Below, piece after piece: positions 62,101 to 64,000 of a DNA stretch of 64,000 bases (the stretch's first letter is position 1; each line of letters begins with the position of its first letter). Below the pieces are notes generated by a model. It did no database searches. It saw only the letters and a list, made by a program, of their open reading frames with translations, and was not told the DNA's origin. The translations under genes and the position numbers were made by a program. The DNA comes from a virus, in IMG/VR virus record IMGVR_UViG_3300045988_184285. One strand, written 5' to 3'.

Positions 62101-63158
62101 ACACAGCGGTAAGTGGTGTAAGCATCATACTCATCGATGGTATGAGTGTAGGTATCAGAAGTTGCTCCCTCAATAGCTTCCCATCCATTGGCCGTAAGAG
62201 TATCCTGACTCTCCTCACTTTGTTCGGTTTCTGCCGACTGCACAGCGACATCATTTGTCGTGCTCTCGGTAAAAACAAATTCATTGTTTTCATTCAGCGT
62301 TGCGGAAGCATGTTCGTTACCCTTGTCAGCAGAAATAACGATATTGCCGTCCACGTTTGCTGCGGTGATTTCGAATCCTTCCAGCGCATAGTTGCGGGTA
62401 TTGAATTCGATGTTAATGTTGCTGGCGTCTGCTCCGATTGCAGCCATTGCATCGGCAACTGCACGATATAACTCGATACCGGACCAAGTAGCATCCGGAT
62501 TGTCTGCCAATGTTTCGGCAGGAGTTTTATCATCGTTCAGATAACCGTATGTAGTAGGCTCTGCATCGCTGTAATCGTACTCCATCACATCCATATCGTA
62601 ATCGGTATCCTGAGGCTCAATGAACCTCTTGTACCACTGATAGTGGAGATTGACGTCATTACGATTTACGTGAGCATTGAAAGTGACTTCATCGCCAATT
62701 TCGGCCTCGACTTGACCTTCGGTCGCATCATCAGCCAAACTGACAGCCACAAAATCACTTTCATCAACGTCAGGAGTTTCCGTTGCTTCCGGAACTTCTG
62801 TAGGCTCAGGCGTAGCCGTCGCATCAGGAGTTTCGGTGGGTTCCGGAGTGGATGTTGGAACCTCGGTGGGCTCCGGAGTCGCCTCCGGTTCTGAGGAATC
62901 CGTTTCATCAGGCATTTCTGTGGGGACGGGTGTCCCTACAGGTTCGGTAATCTCTTCTTCAGACGAAGAAGAGCTGGCAGAGTCTAACGCTTCAACAGTC
63001 TCAGTAGAAGTGCTTTCGGATACGGCATCCGTAACAAGACTACTGTCAGTCGTGATGGGTTCTGCTGCATAAGCGATTGTGGAGCTAAATGTAGACATCG
63101 TCATCATGACTGCCAAAACTGCTGAAGCGACACGCTGCCATGTTTTGCCTTTTTGCAT
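41187..63158 (-). CDS. giant cell-wall-anchored surface protein (7323 aa) with DUF11 conserved repeats, MBG/YGX repeats and a Gly-rich domain
   Basis: signal peptide MQKGKTWQRVASAVLAVMMTMSTFSSTIAYA; C-terminal third made of DUF11/TIGR01451-like units (VDKTEAKVGDTLNYTITV.N.G...); Gly-rich segment (GGAGGGGSGGGSGGGS..., ~56.7-57.2 kb); C-terminal NKKTG + TM + KRKK sorting signal. Confidence 0.9.
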   Translation of the reverse strand: MQKGKTWQRVASAVLAVMMTMSTFSSTIAYAAEPITTDSSLVTDAVSESTSTETVEALDSASSSSSEEEITEPVGTPVPTEMPDETDSSEPEATPEPTEVPTSTPEPTETPDATATPEPTEVPEATETPDVDESDFVAVSLADDATEGQVEAEIGDEVTFNAHVNRNDVNLHYQWYKRFIEPQDTDYDMDVMEYDYSDAEPTTYGYLNDDKTPAETLADNPDATWSGIELYRAVADAMAAIGADASNINIEFNTRNYALEGFEITAANVDGNIVISADKGNEHASATLNENNEFVFTESTTNDVAVQSAETEQSEESQDTLTANGWEAIEGATSDTYTHTIDEYDAYTTYRCVITIDDDNYIAAAKEELIANGADENKLTDDTLDNTITTEITVSIPSMEKSEDEMYNDLSVEDKLKQRLALSGIATYAAGVQLDSQTNPQWVTGLSAGMEYLTADMYAKIYGQDGKSGWLANGEITGQQADRMWSYIGGNFNGNANANELDSEGKPTGGTRKYKSFALTDGNKLEINSEWYGKTVYFRYHNSNIVGNTATGAAVSIPASGRGTSYKDAVQVLFCYTKEEDGRTFPLTIKEYVNQAMTNGYSQNGMAHITLNTVSCNDFNVDPDRYLKDAEGNYRVDSVYWGTCYFSEPDLSGKAYYALKNYIGNGYGFGIGHDTMYAYAGAWFDAHGGGRGYPNNIYDERKIDPNDTATRYYQVNSWEVSGGHWNMNALMGENNSNTLVGSGYYSASDEAYFGWIVDPLTVPSAIMSSGGSHGPFLKTTIYGSESLRIRSNGGFTYEEAMVNPDIKHRTPTNWPYKFSVGQTVPAALTHSNGQVAFDDIWVQYNGCASDFTNAGLGKLYEPTVDGRSGTNNFYLAGSGNFVMNQIGHLPLDDGGGHINRASPQEMQLCVNTLMWISQRKQCEVCAADQADQQMTHFVHRVNAANAKKILTALANGGSYWYPLSDCYELMEDLDLTKLGFDSTTWKPIKNFTGHWNSKYFDVKVPKNGALFDNTTGDLGAYRTGDGNDWNLGTDRLKGWDTVFKDSGNSSPSVRTTGIARIYGKLSDAKLFNDGQVHEGYTVHIRYEDNTALLQEGDDFSCVVNNVDQYCISNLPCIYVGGKTILRARVYDKAGNEVTKYGPIVAKVPPHFWNDCETVPLELLTIEATPIENYRYWEGETTKVLEGSGIIYNQPISNESVTWYYRVVDLRNTNNALSDWVKIGHYGQFTTEDGAVTGIIKTPVFHDGNDGVYNYPHSSVDVQLQMLAYTGNAIQLRTDYEVEGKTYSTIDPGVITPEASGIIQIEERPMSMTQAPNQRVMTQDEATFVFETDYWKGLDDKGYSYDVQYKDPHDDDWQTLATSVTFGGTYTLNTVDNSQVNKVDIEAHTVDTLAKGKETASMIHDNKWLPADFWRPDGFTDQQCAQKHTTITLTLHAADYNWSGYYFRIVASYRFNEKRTKVENSYSAIGDADNAGFDTSRYGLLQVDAPFVSATMLEARALMMQEHNSEGDATGDFGQNYWSVETTQDQVDNWNASRGGSNNPLISDKNVAVYTTTITFSPGKLTESGNRILTPVLQWGFQDDLNSESTDYKPVIAPININGYANGGNGLTTENYKDWANIVKTRYDINTDDSSVMKQVVDAIETEHSGSPFGKFTAYITIDDIRPVEDTMLNGQPFDINSAYAKWSITTSLHIESATNPMDFGTEHFYFQCKPYLEYIRGYNSTKLKSQTITNTLAHNFDYVNGGIDEDNTDTGAELWLDYNISIHANERNLVSCGVDKHSIFMYPELTIEAPNGLRYIMSRYQIVNEFPYGKHRDTSRTVFSQSDHLSVNLNTPYQGQMTTVTRYDMNGNPSQIDVQGKTMAELGISLDERGYLDKNNEDYAPYLDHGYALWSDYSYPKEIWQWFWRNAIQYHCYDMEEFDGTNEQVFFYIDEKNVRAADKSFKANDGNNPTSSWTAPFDATYQIDLWGAGGGNASMTDGISGNSGSHTIITADIKEGTTLYFVAGGAGGGGSGGGSGGGSTGSGSGGSGGYNGGGSGGVGAVFYDCYKGGGDPDHSYHSNSPIGFGGGGGATTVAFGLIGDGQLKNYGDGSSMFGVAGGGSGAAIISGNGYTTRGVGGSGSNNSGQRYHCALKEDKVFSDGYEYHHGDICGWTYSGTHSSDIKMQREDEEGYNNTLHENGGGSGWQSASTDGALRGSSYAASVGENLDNGNIIIKANVTGADQLNDGAGSGIGQAGRAKIKVVDLNKRLYRRVGKNAMDIGFEDANECTPTRAKVMLTVANKMYDGNQLTVAAHVVWDGDTDAGIDEQEILRGVNITYSNNESPNITYPTNATTDSKKKPLVRTGSYTATATYTGKYEVTFCWENTKPGKTYVVRGESTTPDEYVSGNGNVVYFDIYPRPLHLYSYDNNKIYDNISTAKVSDIKIKAATADSGIVHGDTVALNSTLAYGYYCENYAPEDFAKTSFRESIHTGLHSIKTVTILELINNPFDNYYIASEDFTGTINPRPLYVHSQYHDVNKYKWNYDGNSNDIGNGKYLTDTTVYDNQNVTIEQAYEMILAGKQENIDITRYTKTEQDNYQNTVVNPNNIKVYDSYYNANIGEEGQGNIYIDNITNYDSVELNAQTYVGSYADSNAGEQLTGYDANGDNGVIKEDRYNGLSMNTIRHLPYSVKYSYSTTTPQVGQKMTVTIAVTNKDTGYGLAAQNNYVAPVAIQNLRLKSRFAGNGPITLKSTNGIRMNQQGTEFYIDTIPVGGTVNIVFEYTVQDIDDTNALVRDIEQNNEMYLVNNNYNDYYIADKTFSGGIYRTTLRAQVKSVSTTYGHGFKNIKLPYADDVYYWNKGSDSWLTMEGLVEDHKTASSDDEKLDLKAKKTNNYQSKFVYNVVPSETTDAGSYPVSYIGLNEFNYDVLKNYVVTEDPGSIEVKPRKIMISVDESQKIYGTTNPFFNSTFKVLGTDDQGNELDVSDENNWTVLGDDATVDYNNMHLIGNDTIGNVVEVVNGASRTALAFKNGTSNLPYLTTATQSSDVIYQTDVPEEECAYCLEKYNEMHKGHEHYHDGDHPHTHVPVNGYPVSVNENTGYGNTLGIKTVTNSEGQVVSNYELVYESNVLKVHPRLIRIAALDATKAYGGTEPALKWTVDGEIIKPTSEMFGIKAVRDSGENVRDEGYTIRISYEKSTASNYIVETNDAKMTITPVPLTIVFGNQERYYGEDNKNDYTLTVVGLKHGDTADVALKNNDGATAKVLETAKNVLSDYINLTYNKYTDVGSNYLYGDKSYCEEHTILVPRENADGGYNYTIANYTPGVLTIKPRPMLLEVTGWQKELGDADKVQDFTLTDMITHNSVNGQQKLGAGSRITDASVVVNPDKVPIVFNLVRAEGEEVGSYPVYSTPQDRQIGNLAANDQKQLELDNPNYDFEYRYANDLIVKRQGLMITVDDKVRYYGDRVNRFYDGSSDYTYHVFKVENGEAVEITAEEAGLNTSTFTFTHLDTQTSSSGTYKNCISLSGVHSTIYDDDDITITAGNLTIIPRPVSVIAADNTKVYGDADPELKYTLHDGVRGEDGNYYIEYANGPVLTEKEGADVPVQPGDLEGTGVTREPGEDVWTGEHSFGKAYAINANDISPVSKDGITNYVITMENGNFTITPAELVVTVKGGYSKTYGEENPAFDADITGFKRDDTKETVLNGELGFATLCFDLSDAGKYIVTAGNNNEDAVNPDCVVLEDGEEHIGSTFEVKSNTNFEKNYVIRYVNGDITVNPKELIVRIDHKVKTYGTADPAFTFHYEDNAGNVIGLIDPENSPLNVELYRTKGENVVRGDVTAADSLNKWGTTLYDGDYLISAKYDTNNKNYTVTVYDGSLKIVPATLTVTVDGGYKTTYGDEIPEFTYSITGFVGRDVKDETGTGIKDDESKVSGTATMYCNDNAGNPVTNKTKVGNYPINYDRQQLVADNSNYKFIYVGGDLTIGKKPIHVKADDQQKVYGEKDPDPLTWTITDPEELVNPGDKDFFDITTKRPGADTDDGEQVGKYPITIDGTDPSGNYEIITTPGTLTIVPATIVVTVIDDEKYFGEDNPKPNVTITGYKRGDTIDDIGGKDALKTKTDAEKWSPVGEYPVSAKDSTFHNPNYDFVYIDGKLTVKPLIINIKAEDDRKTYGDNDPDKFNVSYTLTNEKDEPYTPDKDLRDYIDRALNLDAARVPGENVRTENPGYSIVPTYTEVDNIEIGTVTPGHFFIDPREVTITANSAEKVYDGTPLTEPGYTYAPELVDNDLLGIHDKMDSVTVTGSQTEVGSSKNVPSDAVIINTEDGSGSNANYIIKYVDGTLTVRDKEIVSIEKSADRERATDYDVIRYTITVTNATSHDLHNVIVKDTNNFVGVPVLSQANGVTYDAEKGEFVIAEISHLRDETHTNAVTFTYTYTVDPTDHGTNNNDILENNAKITDMKVVESYTENPDGSTTPNYTEPNKEWLVETPDVDVEIIRQNLTIEKSADKTEAGVGDVVTYTLKVTNTGNTKLENVVVKDTNNFMGEPVENTKLHFGYRVNDDGTWTITSLGIGKSVTITYKYTVVADDLTNGKLDNIATATIPARKDPTIPEKPVDSNEVIVPLYYKHLTIVKSADRDHAYPGEVVKYQVTVTNDGTVDMTNVTVSDNTNALGMFIVSTGDGYTYNPETRLFTIPALNVGDSVTLNYLYIVQNGDPETIINVATAHAPKNPNTEIPGDKDIEEPSKPVEVDVLRDELTIVKNADKSFVDMNGNDTTVTYTLTVKNSGNTKLTNVIVTDTSNGNGTVEYTGDLMYDGNGKWMIPELNAGDSVEITYVYTAVAEDMNLDNGNIVNTAVAEGKNPDNKTVTSDPDTETVHVGEVPDRDIRVVKASLESSVMIGDTIHYTITVTNNGTMTAQNVVVRDFNDGIGEINAASSDKYTYDAATHSFTIAEIAAGEVVEIPVTYTVQEGDKGTVNNAAVEIPEVPKIEKKADKQTVVVGEVVTYTITVTNTTNETKTNVEVKDTNNFTSVITPAENTDVVSYIGDKVWNISSIGAGESVDIVYTYTVMNEDAPNTMLVNNAEMTYVTDSGKVKIPSNEVDIPIIPETPTPEHVGPTVVKQADKAIANIGDTVHYTVVMHNNDTVDYVNAALYDKNNFNGVITNVKNGTLESASAGSAVIKVGTIPAGKTVTVEYDYIVLNTDAGKGQDTYNELKNVATLHYWFADEDQTPENEKTKPSNEVTVKVPGSDVPVPVNPPEGKLKVEKFVDKKSASVGDMLHYTVKVSNVGDGELKNILVEDFFDGHGKLNYIPAVGVVVNGDGTYTINKLPAGTFMELRFTYVIVEGDEPEVLNTAVVTTPPVDPPLEPTKTADKKFAFVDEIVTYTISVYNPDTKAKTNVTVKDTNNFVGSINATNTDKYTYNGDNTWTIPEIGAGETIDITYTYTVQSNDEKLLENKADVTYSENGDTVKLDTPTVDVVVPDKGTVSIHKEADKKMAKPGEVVTYNVTVTNNKGFDVHDVVVTDANNFAGKITGVDGADYTFENGEFHIAEIAAGASVTLTYTYTVEIGDVPTQILENIATADVPGTNPEDPNNPGHGKDPNKPIDNDEKIPSNPVDVEVPGSETETKIPDLVLTKSVDKNEAVVGDTLNYTITVKNNGKGDAENVTVKDFFDGKGTLNFVAMDGVTDNGDNTYTIASVKAGESVTLNFTYVVVDGDAPEVLNAAVITTPEPPTDIVKSADKHIAKVNEIVTYTITVKNNSKDTLTNLLVSDTNNFKGEIEAKDGKGYTYNGDKTWTIATLESGKSIDITYTYTMQASDETVIENTADVRYSHNGTDYDIPSNPVDVEKPNDGVVTIFKTADKTKAEPNEVVTYTVTIHNGKDYDIKNVRLTDANNFAGKIEGVDGAGYKFINGEFVIDKIPAGGDAVVHYTYTVQISDVPTKILENVATAHVPGKNPGDPDEEIPSNKVDVEVPGDGTHVDVPEGKLEIVKSVDKTEAKVGDTLNYTITLTNVGGQAVKNAVVKDFFDGNGVLNFVPMDGVTDNGDYTYTVANVEKGQSITLRFTYTVVAGDAPMVLNAAVVKDPTPPVDIEKTADKHVAMVDEVVNYTITVKNTTDKAVTDLLVSDTNNFTGAIASKDNAKYTYNGNHTWTIPSIKAGESIDILYTYTVKTTDPSTLVNEADVRYTTDDGEYVIKADPVEVVVPKDGEVTIVKSGDKKIAEPGEVVTYTVTIHNGKAHDITNVVVSDSNNFAGTITGSNGVGYKFVDGHFVIDKIAAGADAVLTYTYTVQIADVPTHILENVATAHVPGTNPEDPENPGHGKDPDKPIDPDTDIPSNKVEVEVPGSEVETEIPEISITKSVDKPTAKIGDTLNYTVTVKNGGNADAENILIKDFFDGNGTLNFKAMDGVTDNGDNTYTISTVKAGESVKLRFSYVVVEGDEPLVLNAAVIKDPTPPIDVEKEADKHIAKVDEVVTYTISVKSTTSEPVDNVTVTDTNNFKGEIKAENADKYTYNGNKTWTIPTIAAGETIHITYTYTMQAEDATVIENIANVTYSKDGTDYNIPSNPVDVEKPDDGVVTIRKAADKTKAEPGEVVTYTVTVHNGKNHDIENARLTDTNNFAGEIVSVDGADYTFENGEFTINKIPAGGDVVIHYTYTVEIADVPTQILENIATIHVPGTNPEDPNNPGHGKDPEKPIDPDTEIPSNKVDVEVPGSETETEIPVIEITKSVDKAEAKVGDTLNYTVTVANKGKADAENVVVEDFFDGNGTLNFVPMDGVADNGDNSYTISTVKAGESVTLNFTYVVVTADAPKVLNAAVVKDPTPPIDVEKDADKYIAKVTDVVTYTITVKNTTDETVNDITVADHNNFAGDVTAESSNRYTYNGDGTWTIGYLDAGEALDIVYTYTVETTDESVMENTAAIKYTHDGEQYNIPSNTVDVKKPDDGVVTIWKSANKTVAKPGETVTYTVTVHNGKNHDIQNAALTDENNFSGSIFAVDGAGYHYENGVFTIDTIPAGGDVVVHYAYTVGIADVTTHILENVATIHVPGTNPEDPENPGQGKDPTKPIDPDTDIPSNKVDVEVPGSGTETDIPLEKSLTIVKSADKTKVNVGETINYRVVVTNTGEVDLVNVTVKDNNDGASHIEAKNGDGYTYDSATTTFTIARIPVGESFTLTYSYVAVDADAGHDVINVAVAKAPGQNPEDPENPGHGKDPSKPIDEDVEKPSNEVKVPVVKPSTPTTPDEPKPTPTPDNPKPTPTPVPTEKPKTPPIGWLDIFKVDGKPFSLFSIFTSNKKTGIGFAQSIVGLAAMVGIGVAALVVVNHKRKKDENDNKDNHKDDSAE
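41300..47520. repeat. about five tandem ~1.1-kb near-identical super-repeats (each ~370 aa, 3 DUF11 units) inside giant gene 2
   Basis: recurrent blocks, e.g. 'gggaacttccacatcaaccttgttggacggaat...' at ~41965, 43075, 44180, 45295, 46355. Confidence 0.75.
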
Positions 63159-63261
63159 AGCGTTCTCCTTTCAAAATATTGCCAAGTTATACCTTTACGC
63201 AATCTTGTTCACATATCTGCACATATATTTGCAAAATTGCATAATCAGCACACTTGGCGGT

Positions 63262-63298
63262 ATCTATATTATGCCACATTTGGGCGCAATAGTCAATC
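63262..63298 (-). promoter_or_regulatory. class A promoter for giant gene 2 (TTGACT-N14-TGTGGCATAATATAG)
   Basis: minus-strand 'TTGACTattgcgcccaaaTGTGGCATAAT'. Confidence 0.6.
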
Positions 63299-63310
63299 AA
63301 AATTGCAAGA

Positions 63311-63345
63311 AAATAAAAGAAAAAGTCCGTCTAAAAAAGACGGAC
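63311..63345 (-). terminator. intrinsic terminator downstream of the mini-CRISPR array
   Basis: stem gtccgtct/agacggac, minus-strand TTTTTCTTTTATTTT follows. Confidence 0.6.
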
Positions 63346-63388
63346 CTGAAAACTGAAGTATCTGTTATAGTGTATTTGCCATTGCTGT

Positions 63389-63489
63389 ATTTCAATCTAA
63401 CGCAACCAATGCGGGTTGCAACGGTCTCAGCACTCAGACCATCAGGCACAACACCATTTCAATCTAACGCAACCCATGCGGGTTGCAAC
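63389..63489 (-). CRISPR. orphan mini-CRISPR array: two 34-nt type I-C-like repeats, one 33-nt spacer
   Basis: repeats 63389-63422 and 63456-63489 differ at one position; in transcribed (minus) orientation 'GTTGCAACCCGCATGGGTTGCGTTAGATTGAAAT', palindromic stem plus ...GATTGAAAT tail as in I-C repeats; spacer 63423-63455. Confidence 0.7.
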
Positions 63490-63659
63490 AGCAAACTTGT
63501 ACAAACGAAGCAATAAGTTGTCATGCATTCTGTACAATGTTTGTCTGCTTTTTGACCAAACAATATGGTCAGATACTACTTACCGCAATGGAATCATATC
63601 CTTTCATCATATTATTTGGTGCGAAGCGACCAGCAAAAATAGCTAATCCGCGAAGAATA

Positions 63660-63695
63660 ATTATATTATACCACAGAAGGTATGAATGGTCAAGT
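63660..63695 (-). promoter_or_regulatory. class A promoter reading toward the mini-array (leader promoter)
   Basis: minus-strand 'TTGACCattcataccttcTGTGGTATAATATAA'. Confidence 0.6.
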
Positions 63696-63779
63696 CGAGC
63701 GAAGAGCCGTTGAAAACAGTGCAAGAAGTTGAGATAAGCGATGTATCGAAAAAGTAGGTTGCATATCAGGTGATGAGAA

Positions 63780-63811
63780 TTGAAAAGGAGACCGATTTGT
63801 GGTATAATATA
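63780..63811 (+). promoter_or_regulatory. class A promoter on plus strand (TTGAAA-N14-TGTGGTATAATATAG)
   Basis: plus-strand 'TTGAAAaggagaccgattTGTGGTATAAT'; 44 nt upstream of ATG at 63855. Confidence 0.65.
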
Positions 63812-63854
63812 GACAAGAAACTAACGATACGAGGCAAAAAAAGAGGTGAAAATT

Positions 63855-64000
63855 ATGCGAGTTTTGGTAATCCCGGACTGCCATTTGAAACCGTGGATGT
63901 TTGAAAAGGCAACAGCTATCATGAGCGGCGAAAGGACAGATAATGCTGTTTGCTTAATGGATATTCCCGATGATTTTGGAAAAGATGACCCGGATTTGTA
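63855..64000 (+). CDS. putative metallophosphoesterase-like protein (N-terminal part; continues beyond window)
   Basis: MRVLVIPDCHLKPW... resembles calcineurin-like phosphoesterase N-terminus (D-x-H); RBS AAGAGGTG. Confidence 0.35.
   Translation, partial: MRVLVIPDCHLKPWMFEKATAIMSGERTDNAVCLMDIPDDFGKDDPDL

Noticed and set aside
8197-63158. LPXTG-type sorting signals on the giant proteins
   Set aside because: No LPXTG is present. The C-termini instead carry NYKTG/NKKTG, consistent with the class B sortase encoded nearby.
63389-63489. The two 34-bp repeats as plasmid iterons, att sites or a transcription-factor tandem site
   Set aside because: Still considered possible but less likely. The repeat matches the type I-C CRISPR repeat architecture in both stem and 3' tail. 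The intervening segment is unique and of spacer length. The unit has a leader-side promoter and a downstream terminator.
1-64000. Interpretation of the window as a (mega)phage genome because of recurring conserved promoters and giant ORFs
   Set aside because: No capsid, terminase, portal, tail or lysis genes were recognised. The giant ORFs are sortase-anchored bacterial adhesins, and the window contains ParM/ParR. A plasmid or phage-plasmid is more consistent. Integration sites cannot be assessed because no integrase or tRNA is in the window.

Overview
This 64 kb window looks like an accessory region of a low-GC Gram-positive (Firmicutes/Clostridia-like) mobile replicon, most plausibly a plasmid or phage-plasmid. 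The evidence for Gram-positive origin is AGGAGG-type ribosome-binding sites, frequent TTG/GTG start codons, lipoprotein signal peptides with lipobox cysteines, and a sortase. Almost all genes lie on the minus strand. A ParM/ParR actin-type partition cassette and XRE-family regulators point to a plasmid-like element. No phage structural genes and no rRNA or tRNA genes were recognised.

Main contents, left to right:

1. 1-8 kb: about 15 small hypothetical genes, including a radical SAM protein, a NYN-domain protein and a DUF4314-like protein. Each is preceded by a conserved class B promoter motif (-35 / conserved spacer 'TGCTGCAAAGT' / -10) followed by an intrinsic terminator hairpin in the leader.

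2. 8.2-13.9 kb: one operon encoding paralogs of SecY, SecG and SecE, a lipid-anchored trigger-factor homolog and a class B sortase. It is driven by a near-consensus extended -10 promoter.

3. 14-28 kb: regulatory and maintenance genes. These include a regulator with a sigma-70 region-4-like helix-turn-helix (HTH), two XRE-type HTH regulators, a ParM/ParR partition cassette and a phage-type Dam methylase. A flotillin gene and two lipoprotein genes follow at 28-32.7 kb.

4. 32.8-63.2 kb: two giant cell-wall-anchored adhesin genes (2648 aa and 7323 aa). Both proteins have a signal peptide and a C-terminal N-x-K-T-G sorting signal matching the class B sortase. The larger gene carries roughly five near-identical 1.1 kb tandem super-repeats.

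5. 63.39-63.49 kb: an orphan two-repeat CRISPR mini-array with type I-C-like 34-nt repeats and one 33-nt spacer. It has its own promoter and terminator and no cas genes in the window.

A near-identical 14-nt extended -10 element ('TGTGGTATAATATA') recurs at about ten promoters (class A). Large plus-strand ORFs in the ORF track that overlap the adhesin genes are antisense shadows and were rejected.
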